DNA from: Holophagales bacterium
GTDB lineage: Bacteria > Acidobacteriota > Thermoanaerobaculia > Multivoradales > Multivoraceae
Assembly (NCBI GenBank): GCA_009836625.1
Contig: VXVC01000004.1
Span: 449,037-513,036, forward strand
Direction: 5' to 3'
DNA length: 64,000 nucleotides
Part shown: piece after piece, positions 20,012 to 28,862 of the stretch
Layout of the letters: each line of letters begins with the position of its first letter
Numbering within the stretch: the first letter of the stretch is position 1
Made by a program: the position numbers and the translations under genes
The notes under the pieces: generated by a model
What the model was told of the DNA's origin: nothing
Seen by the model: only the letters and a program-made list of their open reading frames with translations
The model's database searches: none

Positions 20012-20965
20012 TCAGCCAGCGGTCTGTCTGCCTCGTCGTACTCGCTCGACGAGCATAGCGACGATGATCGATCCGCCGACGAAGGCTCCCTGCCAGTAGG
20101 GATCCACGCCCAGCAGCAGCAGGCTGTTGCGGATCAGCTCGATCAGGGCCGCCCCGGCCACCGCGCCGAACGCACCCCCCTCACCTCCCATCAGGTTCGC
20201 GCCGCCGATCACCGCCGAGGCGATCACGCGCAGTTCGTAGCCCTGCCCGAGCGCGTTCGTGACCGCTCCCAACCAGCCGATCATCAGGATCGCCGATGCG
20301 CCGGCGAGAAGGGAGCTCAGGACGTAGACGGTGAGTTTGACCCGGGCTACCGGTATCCCCGCCAGGTGTGTCGAGACCTCGTTGCCGCCGACGGCGAGGA
20401 CGTAGCGTGCCAGGCGGCTGTACCGAAACCAGGCTGCGGCGCCGAGCGCCGCAACCAGCAGCAACCAGACCGGGTTTGCGAGCCCCAGGAAGCGCCCGCC
20501 GCCGAGAGCAAGCACGAGATCCTCGTCCGGACCGAAGTCATGGATCATCCTGTTGTTCGAGACCACCAGAGCCAGCGACCGGGCGATGCTCAGCATGCCG
20601 AGCGTGACGACGAACGGCGACAGCCGGAGATACCCCACGAGCGCGCCGTTCACGAGTCCACACAGGAGGGCACAGCCCAGGCCGGCGACCGCGGCCAGCG
20701 CCAAAGGCTGTCCCGAACCCAGAACGAGTCCGGTGACGATCCCCGCCAATCCCATGACTGAGCCGACCGAGAGGTCGATCCCGCCGGTCGCGATCACGGC
20801 CGTCTGGCCCAGGGCGATCAGCCCGATGAAGGCGAAGTTCCGGCTGACGTTGAAGAGATTGTCCGCGCTCGCGAACGGCTCCGAGACCAGGCTCATCACG
20901 CCGGCCAGGGCGGCGACCGTCAACATCACCCACAAGGACTGGGGAGTCCGACGGAGATTCCTCAC
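20012..20965 (-). CDS. ABC transporter permease (ribose/monosaccharide type, RbsC-like)
   Basis: About 10 TM helices and a conserved GGIDLSVGSVMGLAGIV permease motif. Confidence 0.8.
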   Translation of the reverse strand: MRNLRRTPQSLWVMLTVAALAGVMSLVSEPFASADNLFNVSRNFAFIGLIALGQTAVIATGGIDLSVGSVMGLAGIVTGLVLGSGQPLALAAVAGLGCALLCGLVNGALVGYLRLSPFVVTLGMLSIARSLALVVSNNRMIHDFGPDEDLVLALGGGRFLGLANPVWLLLVAALGAAAWFRYSRLARYVLAVGGNEVSTHLAGIPVARVKLTVYVLSSLLAGASAILMIGWLGAVTNALGQGYELRVIASAVIGGANLMGGEGGAFGAVAGAALIELIRNSLLLLGVDPYWQGAFVGGSIIVAMLVERVRRGRQTAG

Positions 20966-21696
20966 GCCGCCTCTATCGCTCCTGTGATCAGCGCGGTCGC
21001 TTCCTCGGCCGACGAGTCCGCCGTCGGCTTGTCCGCCACCTTGCGGCCGCGACGCAGGACGACGATGCGGTCGGCGACGGCGAATACATCCGACATGCGG
21101 TGCGAGATGAGCAGGATGCCGACGCCCTGCTGTTTGAGGCTGCGGATGAGCTCCAGCACCTCGGCGATCTGCCGAACGCTGATCGCGGCGGTCGGTTCGT
21201 CGAGCAGCATCAGCCGCGGAGCACTCAACCGCGCCCGGGCGATCGCCACCGCCTGCCGCTGACCGCCGGACATCTGCCGCACCAGGTCGTCCGCCCGGGT
21301 GTCCGAACCGAGTTCGGCGAACAGTTCAGTCGACTTCCTGCGCATCGCGGCGTGGTCCAGCACCGGCAGGACTCCAAACAGCCGTCGGCTCAACTCGCGG
21401 CCCAGGAACACGTTCGCGGCCGCTGAGAGGTTGTCGCACAGCGCGAGGTCCTGGTAGACGGCCTCGATGCCGAGTTCGCGGGCCGAGAGCGGCGAGAGAT
21501 CGACCCCCGCAGCGTCCCACAGCACCCGGCCTGACGTCGGGGCGAAGTTGCCCGCCACGATCTTGAGCAGCGTGGACTTGCCGGCGCCGTTGTCGCCCAT
21601 CAGGCCGACGACCTCGCCGGCGCCCAGTTCCAGGTCGACGTCGACGAGCGCCTCGACGGCGCCGAAGTGCATGCCGACCGATCGCAGCTCCAGCAT
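20962..21696 (-). CDS. ABC transporter ATP-binding protein
   Basis: Walker A GLMGDNGAGKST, signature LSGGQRQAVAIARA, and Walker B LLDEPTAA. The ATG at 21696 gives a start of MLELRSVGMHF. Confidence 0.85.
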   Translation of the reverse strand: MLELRSVGMHFGAVEALVDVDLELGAGEVVGLMGDNGAGKSTLLKIVAGNFAPTSGRVLWDAAGVDLSPLSARELGIEAVYQDLALCDNLSAAANVFLGRELSRRLFGVLPVLDHAAMRRKSTELFAELGSDTRADDLVRQMSGGQRQAVAIARARLSAPRLMLLDEPTAAISVRQIAEVLELIRSLKQQGVGILLISHRMSDVFAVADRIVVLRRGRKVADKPTADSSAEEATALITGAIEAA

Positions 21697-21713
21697 CGCC
21701 CGCCGGCCGTGAC

Positions 21714-23135
21714 TCAGCCGGCGAACCGCCCGAAGTACGACGGACCCTGGGTCCAGACGTACCAGGCCATGAAGCCGGTCAGAAAGAGAGTCACCGCGAC
21801 CATCCCGCCCCACCACAGCCAGCCCCGGGCGCCAGCCGGACGGTCGTCGCCCAGGTAGCCGCGGCTGCGCTGGAGCATGACGAAGCCGATGTAGGCGGCG
21901 GGCAGGAACAGGCCGCAGACGATGTTGGTCGGCACGGCCAGCCAGACCGCGATGTCACCCCAGAAGACCGGCCCGAGCACACCGGGCGCGGGAAGCAGCA
22001 TGGCCAGCCGGTGCTTCGCGCTGCCGAACTCCCAGCCGAACAACTCGCAGGCCACGAACCCGGTCGCCAGCATGTGCAGGGTGATCGTCGACAGGGCCAT
22101 GCCGAGAACGCCCAGGTCGAACACCACGCGCCCCACCGCCGGCCCCGCGACGGCCGCCAGGGACTGCGCGGCCTCGACCGGGCTGAGCCGCACGCCGTCG
22201 TAGGACGGATCGAGGTGAATCGTGTTCGCGGCGGCGATCACCATCAGACTCGCGGCCAGGACGTAGGGGACGAACGTCCCGGTCCACAGGTCGAACCGGG
22301 CCAGCGATCTGTGCTCCCTCGACCAGCCGCGGGCGAGCAGCGAGTAGGGATAGAGGAAGACCATGTTGATGCCGACCGCGGCCGACAGGCCGCTCAGAAT
22401 CACCGTCACTCCGAGCACGCCGTTCCGCTCGCCGGGAACCGCGAAGCTCGTGAAGCCGCGGATCAGCCCTCCCCAGTCCGAGATTCCCGTGCGGAAAACG
22501 ACCCAGGCGAAGCAGACGACGATTCCCCACACCATGTAGCGCAGGAGCCGCTCGTAGACGCGAATCAACTCGGGCCGCCGGCCGTAGAGCGACGAGATCA
22601 GTACGGCCCAGACAAGAACGACGAAGCCGAGCCCGGCCGCCGGCAACCCTTCGATCCCGGCCGCTTCGCCGAGGTCGACCAGGACTGCGGAAGCGAGCGC
22701 GTACTGCGGGAAGTGCCAGACGATCGACGCGATCAGCGCGCCCAGGGCCCAGCTCCAAGCCAGTGGCGCTCCCGCGAAGCGGCGCATCGCATCGAACGGC
22801 CGCAGGCCCGTCGACAGTGTCTGGTGGGCGACCGCGGAGAGCATGACCAGCCCCAGCAGCATCGCGAGCGGCGCGACCCACAGGAGCTGATAGCCGAACA
22901 CGGCGCCGGCGAACAGCGCGGAAGCGGCCGTGCCGCTGCCGAGCGTCATCGCGCTCTGCATGTAGCCCGGGCCGATCAGCCCGGCGAAGGAGCGCCAGCG
23001 CGCCGTTCTGGGCGCCTGCTCCAGGTCGGCCAGTTGCCGCCGCTCCGCGGCGAGAGCCGCCGGGTCGGGCGGGTGGGCCATCCGCCGGCCGACCCGCACG
23101 TCGTCCCGCTCGGCCGCGGCGAGCTGCTCCGGCAT
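21714..23135 (-). CDS. Nramp-related membrane transporter lacking the canonical DPGN metal-binding motif
   Basis: Has the Nramp TM1 signature GPGYMQS, but GSGT replaces DPGN. About 11 TM helices. It is 17 nt upstream of, and co-directional with, the ABC ATPase. Confidence 0.6.
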   Translation of the reverse strand: MPEQLAAAERDDVRVGRRMAHPPDPAALAAERRQLADLEQAPRTARWRSFAGLIGPGYMQSAMTLGSGTAASALFAGAVFGYQLLWVAPLAMLLGLVMLSAVAHQTLSTGLRPFDAMRRFAGAPLAWSWALGALIASIVWHFPQYALASAVLVDLGEAAGIEGLPAAGLGFVVLVWAVLISSLYGRRPELIRVYERLLRYMVWGIVVCFAWVVFRTGISDWGGLIRGFTSFAVPGERNGVLGVTVILSGLSAAVGINMVFLYPYSLLARGWSREHRSLARFDLWTGTFVPYVLAASLMVIAAANTIHLDPSYDGVRLSPVEAAQSLAAVAGPAVGRVVFDLGVLGMALSTITLHMLATGFVACELFGWEFGSAKHRLAMLLPAPGVLGPVFWGDIAVWLAVPTNIVCGLFLPAAYIGFVMLQRSRGYLGDDRPAGARGWLWWGGMVAVTLFLTGFMAWYVWTQGPSYFGRFAG

Positions 23136-23158
23136 GTCAGCTAGGCTACTCCACCGCG

Positions 23159-25459
23159 ATGCGCTGGCGAGTATCTCCTTTCATCGCGCTCGCCCTGTGC
23201 GCGGCGTCCCTGGCGGCCCAGCGAGGCGACCGCGAAGGTCACGTGATGGACCAAGTCTGGCGACGGTTCGCGGTACCGGAGGCGCCTCCCCTGGCCCCTG
23301 AGGAAGCGATGGCGACGCTGCGCGTCGCCCCCGGCTTTCGCGTCGAGCTGGTCGCAGCGGAGCCCCTCGTCGAGGACCCGGTGGCCATGGCCTGGGACGA
23401 GCGGGGACTCCTCTACGTCGTCGAGATGCGCGGCTTCATGCCGAACGTGGACGGCATCGGCGAGCAGGAGCCGGTCGGTCGCGTCGTCGTCCTGGAGGAC
23501 ACGGACGCGGACGGCGCGATGGACCGCCGCGGCGTCTACCTGGACGGCCTGGTCAGCCCGCGGGCGATCGCGGCTGTATCGGGCGGCATCCTGATCGGCG
23601 AACCGCCAAACCTCTGGCTGTGCCGAAGCGAAAACGCCGACGACGGACTGCCCCGATGCGGCAGCCGGGAGCGCCTGCTCGACTACGGCGACCCGGACCC
23701 CGACCTGCTCGAGCACACGGAGAACGGACTCCTCTGGGGCCTCGACAACTGGATCTACAACGCCAAGTCCGATCGGCGCTTCCGGCTGCGCCGGAGCGCT
23801 GAGGACGTGTCGATCGAGGTTGATCCGACCCTGTTCCGAGGCCAGTGGGGTATCGCCCAGGACGACGTCGGCCGCCTCTACTACAACACGAACTCCCGCT
23901 ACCTGTTCGCCGACCTGATTCCGGCCGACTACGCTCTCGCCAACCCGGAGCACCAGCCGCGAGGTGGCGGCATCGGCGCCAGCGAGCGGCTCGTGCTTGA
24001 CGAAACGGTTTACTCGATCCGCGTGAATCCGGGCATCAACCGCGGCTACGTGAACGGCATGCTCCGCAACGACGGCCGGCTCGCCGTGACGACTTCGGTG
24101 AGCGGCCTCGTGGTCTATCGGGGCGACCAGTTTCCGGCCACCTTCCGCGGCGATGTCTTTGTGCCGGAACCAGCCGGCAACGTGGTCGCCCACTTCGATC
24201 TCGCTCCCGGTCCGGTGGAGAACGGCATTCCGACCCTGGCCGCCGAGCACCGTCGCTACGGCGATCCGGACTGGGTCGAGCGCGAGTTCCTGGCCTCGAC
24301 GGATGAGCGCTTCCGCCCGGTCGATGCGAAAGTCGGGCCGGATGGCGCGCTGTACGTGATCGACATGTACCGCGGCATCCTCCAGCACGTGCGGTACGTG
24401 ACGACCTACCTCCGCGAGTACATCCTCGAGCACGGGCTCGACCGCCCGATCGGCATGGGCCGGATCTACCGCGTGGTCTGGGAGGGGGATGCCGAGAACC
24501 CCGCGACTGTCCGGCGCGAGGCGCCAGGCCTCGCAACCGCGGCCGACCGCATTGCCGCCCTGTCCCACGCGAACGGCTGGCAGCGCGATACGGCCCAGCG
24601 GCTACTGGTCGAGAACGAGCTCCACGACCCGGGCCGCGACGCCCTGCGCGAGCTTGCACGCTCGGGCGAGGACCCGCTCTCCCGGATCCACGCCCTGTGG
24701 ACGCTCCACGGCCGCGGCGAGCTGGACGACGCCACCGTGCAGACGGCACTCCGGGCCCGGGATCCCTGGCTCGTCGTCCAGGCGTTGCGCGCCGGCGAGG
24801 AGTCGCTGACCGGAAGCGCCACGGGCGAGACCGCGATCGCGGAACTGCTCGACTCGTCGTCGCCCCAGGTACGCACCCAGGCCCTCCTGACCGTCGGCGC
24901 AATGACCCGGCAGTCGCCCTGGGCGAGAAACGTCCTTGCCGAACGGATCGCCGAACATCCTGAGGATCGCTTCCACGGCCAGGTCGCCCTCGCCGCGAAC
25001 CTGGCTGGAACCACCACCGGCGCACCCCTGGACACACCGGCAGCGGCTCCCGCCCTCACCGCCGCGGAAGCCGCCCTGTTCAACCGTGGCCGCCGCCACT
25101 ACCGGGCCTGCCGCTCCTGCCACAACAACGACGGTCGGGGCCAGGAGGGCCTGGGGCCGAGTCTGGTCAACAGCCCGTGGGTTCTGGGATCACCCGAACG
25201 CCTGGTCGCCCTCGTCCTCCAGGGAATCGAAGGCCCGATCGAAGTCCACGGCGAAACCTGGGACGACCTGATGCCCGGCTTCGCCGCCGACCCCCGCCTC
25301 CCCGACACCGCCATCGCCGCCCTCCTGACCTACGTCCGCCGAAGCTGGGGCAACACCGCTGATCCGGTCTCTCCCGAACTCGTTACCGCAGTGCGCCAAC
25401 GGACCGATGGCCGCGTAGACCCCTGGACAGCCCCCGAACTCGTAGAGACCTTCCCCTAA
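23159..25459 (+). CDS. PVC-type putative membrane-bound dehydrogenase domain protein with HEAT repeats and a C-terminal cytochrome c (CXXCH)
   Basis: Has a signal peptide and a conserved N-terminal domain (LRVAPGFRVELVAAEPLVEDPVAMAWDERGLLYVVEM), HEAT-like repeats (IHALWTLHGRGELDD...DPWLVVQALRA), and a haem motif ACRSCH near the C-terminus. Confidence 0.75.
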   Translation: MRWRVSPFIALALCAASLAAQRGDREGHVMDQVWRRFAVPEAPPLAPEEAMATLRVAPGFRVELVAAEPLVEDPVAMAWDERGLLYVVEMRGFMPNVDGIGEQEPVGRVVVLEDTDADGAMDRRGVYLDGLVSPRAIAAVSGGILIGEPPNLWLCRSENADDGLPRCGSRERLLDYGDPDPDLLEHTENGLLWGLDNWIYNAKSDRRFRLRRSAEDVSIEVDPTLFRGQWGIAQDDVGRLYYNTNSRYLFADLIPADYALANPEHQPRGGGIGASERLVLDETVYSIRVNPGINRGYVNGMLRNDGRLAVTTSVSGLVVYRGDQFPATFRGDVFVPEPAGNVVAHFDLAPGPVENGIPTLAAEHRRYGDPDWVEREFLASTDERFRPVDAKVGPDGALYVIDMYRGILQHVRYVTTYLREYILEHGLDRPIGMGRIYRVVWEGDAENPATVRREAPGLATAADRIAALSHANGWQRDTAQRLLVENELHDPGRDALRELARSGEDPLSRIHALWTLHGRGELDDATVQTALRARDPWLVVQALRAGEESLTGSATGETAIAELLDSSSPQVRTQALLTVGAMTRQSPWARNVLAERIAEHPEDRFHGQVALAANLAGTTTGAPLDTPAAAPALTAAEAALFNRGRRHYRACRSCHNNDGRGQEGLGPSLVNSPWVLGSPERLVALVLQGIEGPIEVHGETWDDLMPGFAADPRLPDTAIAALLTYVRRSWGNTADPVSPELVTAVRQRTDGRVDPWTAPELVETFP

Positions 25460-25504
25460 CACTCTCCGTCCAGCGACGAAGTCCAGTCCTCTGCTGTGGA
25501 CGGC

Positions 25505-28500
25505 CTACGTAGCAGCGGCTTCGGCGACGGCCTCAGGGTCGACGTCGCGCTTGTGGAAGTCGAGCAGGAGGTAGAGCGCGGGGATCACGATCAGCGTCAG
25601 CAGCGTCGAGGTCAGCAGCCCGCCGACCACGGTCAGGGCCATCGGGGTCCTCAACTCCGCACCCTCCCCCACGCCCAGCGCCATCGGCAGCAGGCCCAGC
25701 ACGGTGGTCGAAGTCGTCATCAGAATCGGCCGCAGGCGGACCAGACAGGCCTCGCGCAGCGCCTCGACCTTGGCCTTGCCGGCCCGGCGCAGCCGATTCG
25801 TGTAGTCGATCAGGATGATCGCGTTGTTCACCACGATCCCTGCCAGGAGGATGCCGCCGATCAGGACGACGATGCTGACCGGCGTCCGCGTCAGGTAGAG
25901 GATGCCGATCGCGCCGATGATCGAGAACGGCACCGCGAACAGGATGACGAAGGGGTGCAGCAGCGATTCGAACTGCGAGGCCATGACCAGGTAGACCATG
26001 AACACGGCGAGCAGGATCGCCAGCCTCATGCTGTCGAAGGAGCGTTCCATCTCCTGGCGCTGGCCGCCGATCGAGTAGTCGAAGCCAACCGGGAACTGCG
26101 TCGACTCGAGGATGCCCTCGATGTCGTCGGAGACGCTGCCCAGATCCCGGCCGACGATGTTCGCCTCGATCAGCGCCACCCGGCCACCGTCGCTACGGCG
26201 GATCTCGGCGGGCCCCTCCGTCTCGATGACGTCCGCAACCGCCGACAGCGGCAGCGGCGTGGCGCCGCTCTGACGGATGTTCAGGTTGCGCAGATCGCGA
26301 ACCGAGTCGCGGTAGCCCTCGTCGGTCCGCAGCCTGACTTCGATGTTGCGGTCCTCGCGCACGATGTCCGTCGCGATATCGCCCTGCACCTTGGAGCGGA
26401 TGACGGCGCCGAGCTGGGCGACCGTGTAGTTCAACGTCGATAGCCGTTCCCGGTCGAAGATGATCTGCAGCTCCGGGTTGCCGCCTTCCGTTGAGGACTT
26501 CACGTCCACCAGACCTTCGACCCCGCGCATTCGCGACGCAACCTGATCGGCCAGCCTCTCCAGCAACGCCAGGTTGTGGCCGCGGATCTGCACCTCGACC
26601 GGGCTCCGGAAGCTGAAGTAGGTCGGACGGCCGAAGCGGTACTTCAGCGAGTCGTCCGCGACCACGGAGCCAGACACGAATCCGGCACCGGGAGGCACCA
26701 AGGCCGTACCCGCGACCGGAGGCGTCTGACCGGCGAAGGAGGAGTTGTTTTCGTCGATCCAGTTCCGGATCCGGCTCATCACCGCCTCCTCGCGCTCCAC
26801 GTCGACCGGGGGGTTCAACCGCACGTTGACCTGGCCGATGTTCTCGCGTCTTTCTCCCGCGGCGCCCCCCTGTTCGTTCGACGTGCCCACGACCATGTAG
26901 ACCGACTGCACCTCCTCCTCCAGTTGTTCCCGCACGAACCTGGCAACGGCCCCCAGGCGCCGGTCCGTCACCTCCAGGCGGCTGCCCGGCGCCAGCTCGG
27001 CGTCGACATAGAACTCGCCCTGAATGAGTTCCGGAACCAGTTCGCTGCCCAGCGAGCCGATGAGCTGGACACTGCCCGCGAGGAGCACGACGGCCGCCAG
27101 GACGACCAGCGCGGGGTGGCGAAGGGCCCCGCGAAGGACCCGGGCGTACACGGCCGTGATGCCGCGTAGCAATGCGTCGAAGGCCGCCAGCACCGGCCGG
27201 AGCAGGAACGACATGACGGTCGAGACGGCACGGAACACATGTTTGACGACCAGCGCGACGCCCACGCCGATTGCGTCGAAGAAGGCCGAGAGCGCACGGG
27301 TCACAGGGTTGGAACGCCCGACGTGTCGGACCTTCTCGACCGGTTCCCCGGCGGCGAAAAACTTCCGGGAGGCGAGCATCGGGATCACGGTCAGCGCGAC
27401 CCCCAGCGACACCAGCAGGGAGAACGTCACGGTCAGGGCCTGGTCACCGAACATCTGGCCCGCCACGCCCTCGACGAACACGATCGGTACGAACACGCAG
27501 ACGGTCGTGATCGTGCTCGCGATCACCGCCCGGCCGACCTCCGAGGCGCCGGCCCGGGCCGCTTCGACCACGCTCAGCCCCTGGTCGCGGCGGCGCTGGA
27601 TCGCTTCCAGGACGACGATCGAGTTGTCCAGCAGGAGACCGATTCCCAGGGTGATGCCGCCGAGCGACATGATGTTGAGCGACACGCCGGCGACATACAT
27701 CAGGAAGAACGTCGCCACCACCGAGACCGGAATCGAGATCCCGATGATCAGCGTCTTCGGCGCGCTCCGCAGGAACAGGAAGAGAACGACGATCGCGAGC
27801 GAACCGCCGATCAGGGCGGTCTCGATCACAGCCGACACCGAGTCGCGGATGTAACGGGACTGGTCGGTGAGGACGGTCAGTTCGAGCTGAGGATCGATCT
27901 GCCTGATCTCCTCCTCGAGCTCCTCCACCCGCTCGAGCACGGCGGAAGCGACCGTCACCGTGTTCGTGCCGCCCTCCTTGTAGACCGCGATCTCCACGGC
28001 CTCCCGGCCGTCGATCCGGGTGATCACCTCCCGTTCCCTGGCCCCCTGGTAGACCCGGGCAATGTCCTCGAGGCGCACGATCGCACCCTGGGAACGATCG
28101 ATCACGATCTCCCGCATCTCTTCCGGGCGGAGCAACTCGTTGATCGTTCGCACCAGGTAGTCGGTCTGGCCGTCACGCAGCCGACCGCCGGTCAGGTTCA
28201 CGTTCTCCTGCGCGAGGCGGGTCATCACCTGGTTCATCGTCAACCCGAGGCTGCTCAGGCGACGCTCGTCGATCTCGACCTGAATCTCCTCCTCCAGGCC
28301 GCCGCTGACGACGACGGCCGCCACGCCTTCGAGGCGCTCGAGCTTCCGCTTGAGATCCTCCTCGGCCAGCAGGCGCAACGCGATCAGGTCGCTGCCGCCG
28401 CCGGCGAGCCCCATGCGCAGGATCGGATCGAGGGAGGGGTCGTAGCGCAGCAGCACCGGCCGGTCGGCCTGGACCGGCAAGCGCACCTGATCCAGTCGCT

Positions 28501-28828
28501 CGCGCACGTCGAGCGACGCGAAGTCCATGTTCGTGCCCCAGGAGAACTCCAGGGTGACTTCGCTGATGTCCGCCCGGGAACTGGAAACGACCCGGTTGAC
28601 GCCGTTGACCACGCCGACCGCGTCCTCCACCGGCCGGGTGATCAGAGTCTCCATCTCGACCGGCGCGGCGCCCTCGTACCCGGTCTGAACGGTGAGCGAC
28701 GGGTACGTGATGTCCGGCAGCAGATCGACCGCCAGGTCGCGGAAGGCGACGCCGCCGAAGACCACCGCCGCCAGGGCGAAGATGAACACCGTGACCGGTC
28801 GCCGGGTGGCGAAGGAAACAACCCGCAT
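25505..28828 (-). CDS. RND efflux transporter permease (AcrB/CzcA superfamily), second RND of the operon
   Basis: 1107 aa with 12 TM helices. The N-terminus MRVVSFATRRPVTVFIFALAAVVFGGVAF and the LLLDNSIVVLEAI TM4 region are typical of RND permeases. Confidence 0.9.
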   Translation of the reverse strand: MRVVSFATRRPVTVFIFALAAVVFGGVAFRDLAVDLLPDITYPSLTVQTGYEGAAPVEMETLITRPVEDAVGVVNGVNRVVSSSRADISEVTLEFSWGTNMDFASLDVRERLDQVRLPVQADRPVLLRYDPSLDPILRMGLAGGGSDLIALRLLAEEDLKRKLERLEGVAAVVVSGGLEEEIQVEIDERRLSSLGLTMNQVMTRLAQENVNLTGGRLRDGQTDYLVRTINELLRPEEMREIVIDRSQGAIVRLEDIARVYQGAREREVITRIDGREAVEIAVYKEGGTNTVTVASAVLERVEELEEEIRQIDPQLELTVLTDQSRYIRDSVSAVIETALIGGSLAIVVLFLFLRSAPKTLIIGISIPVSVVATFFLMYVAGVSLNIMSLGGITLGIGLLLDNSIVVLEAIQRRRDQGLSVVEAARAGASEVGRAVIASTITTVCVFVPIVFVEGVAGQMFGDQALTVTFSLLVSLGVALTVIPMLASRKFFAAGEPVEKVRHVGRSNPVTRALSAFFDAIGVGVALVVKHVFRAVSTVMSFLLRPVLAAFDALLRGITAVYARVLRGALRHPALVVLAAVVLLAGSVQLIGSLGSELVPELIQGEFYVDAELAPGSRLEVTDRRLGAVARFVREQLEEEVQSVYMVVGTSNEQGGAAGERRENIGQVNVRLNPPVDVEREEAVMSRIRNWIDENNSSFAGQTPPVAGTALVPPGAGFVSGSVVADDSLKYRFGRPTYFSFRSPVEVQIRGHNLALLERLADQVASRMRGVEGLVDVKSSTEGGNPELQIIFDRERLSTLNYTVAQLGAVIRSKVQGDIATDIVREDRNIEVRLRTDEGYRDSVRDLRNLNIRQSGATPLPLSAVADVIETEGPAEIRRSDGGRVALIEANIVGRDLGSVSDDIEGILESTQFPVGFDYSIGGQRQEMERSFDSMRLAILLAVFMVYLVMASQFESLLHPFVILFAVPFSIIGAIGILYLTRTPVSIVVLIGGILLAGIVVNNAIILIDYTNRLRRAGKAKVEALREACLVRLRPILMTTSTTVLGLLPMALGVGEGAELRTPMALTVVGGLLTSTLLTLIVIPALYLLLDFHKRDVDPEAVAEAAAT

Positions 28829-28862
28829 TTCGGATTACCTGGTCAGGAGTCGAGTCCGCCGA

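Noticed and set aside
23141-24568. 475-aa minus-strand ORF, and the ORFs at 24036-25037 and 24466-25083
   Set aside because: Antisense or out-of-frame relative to the PVC-type haem protein gene. They are Arg/Gly/Pro-rich.
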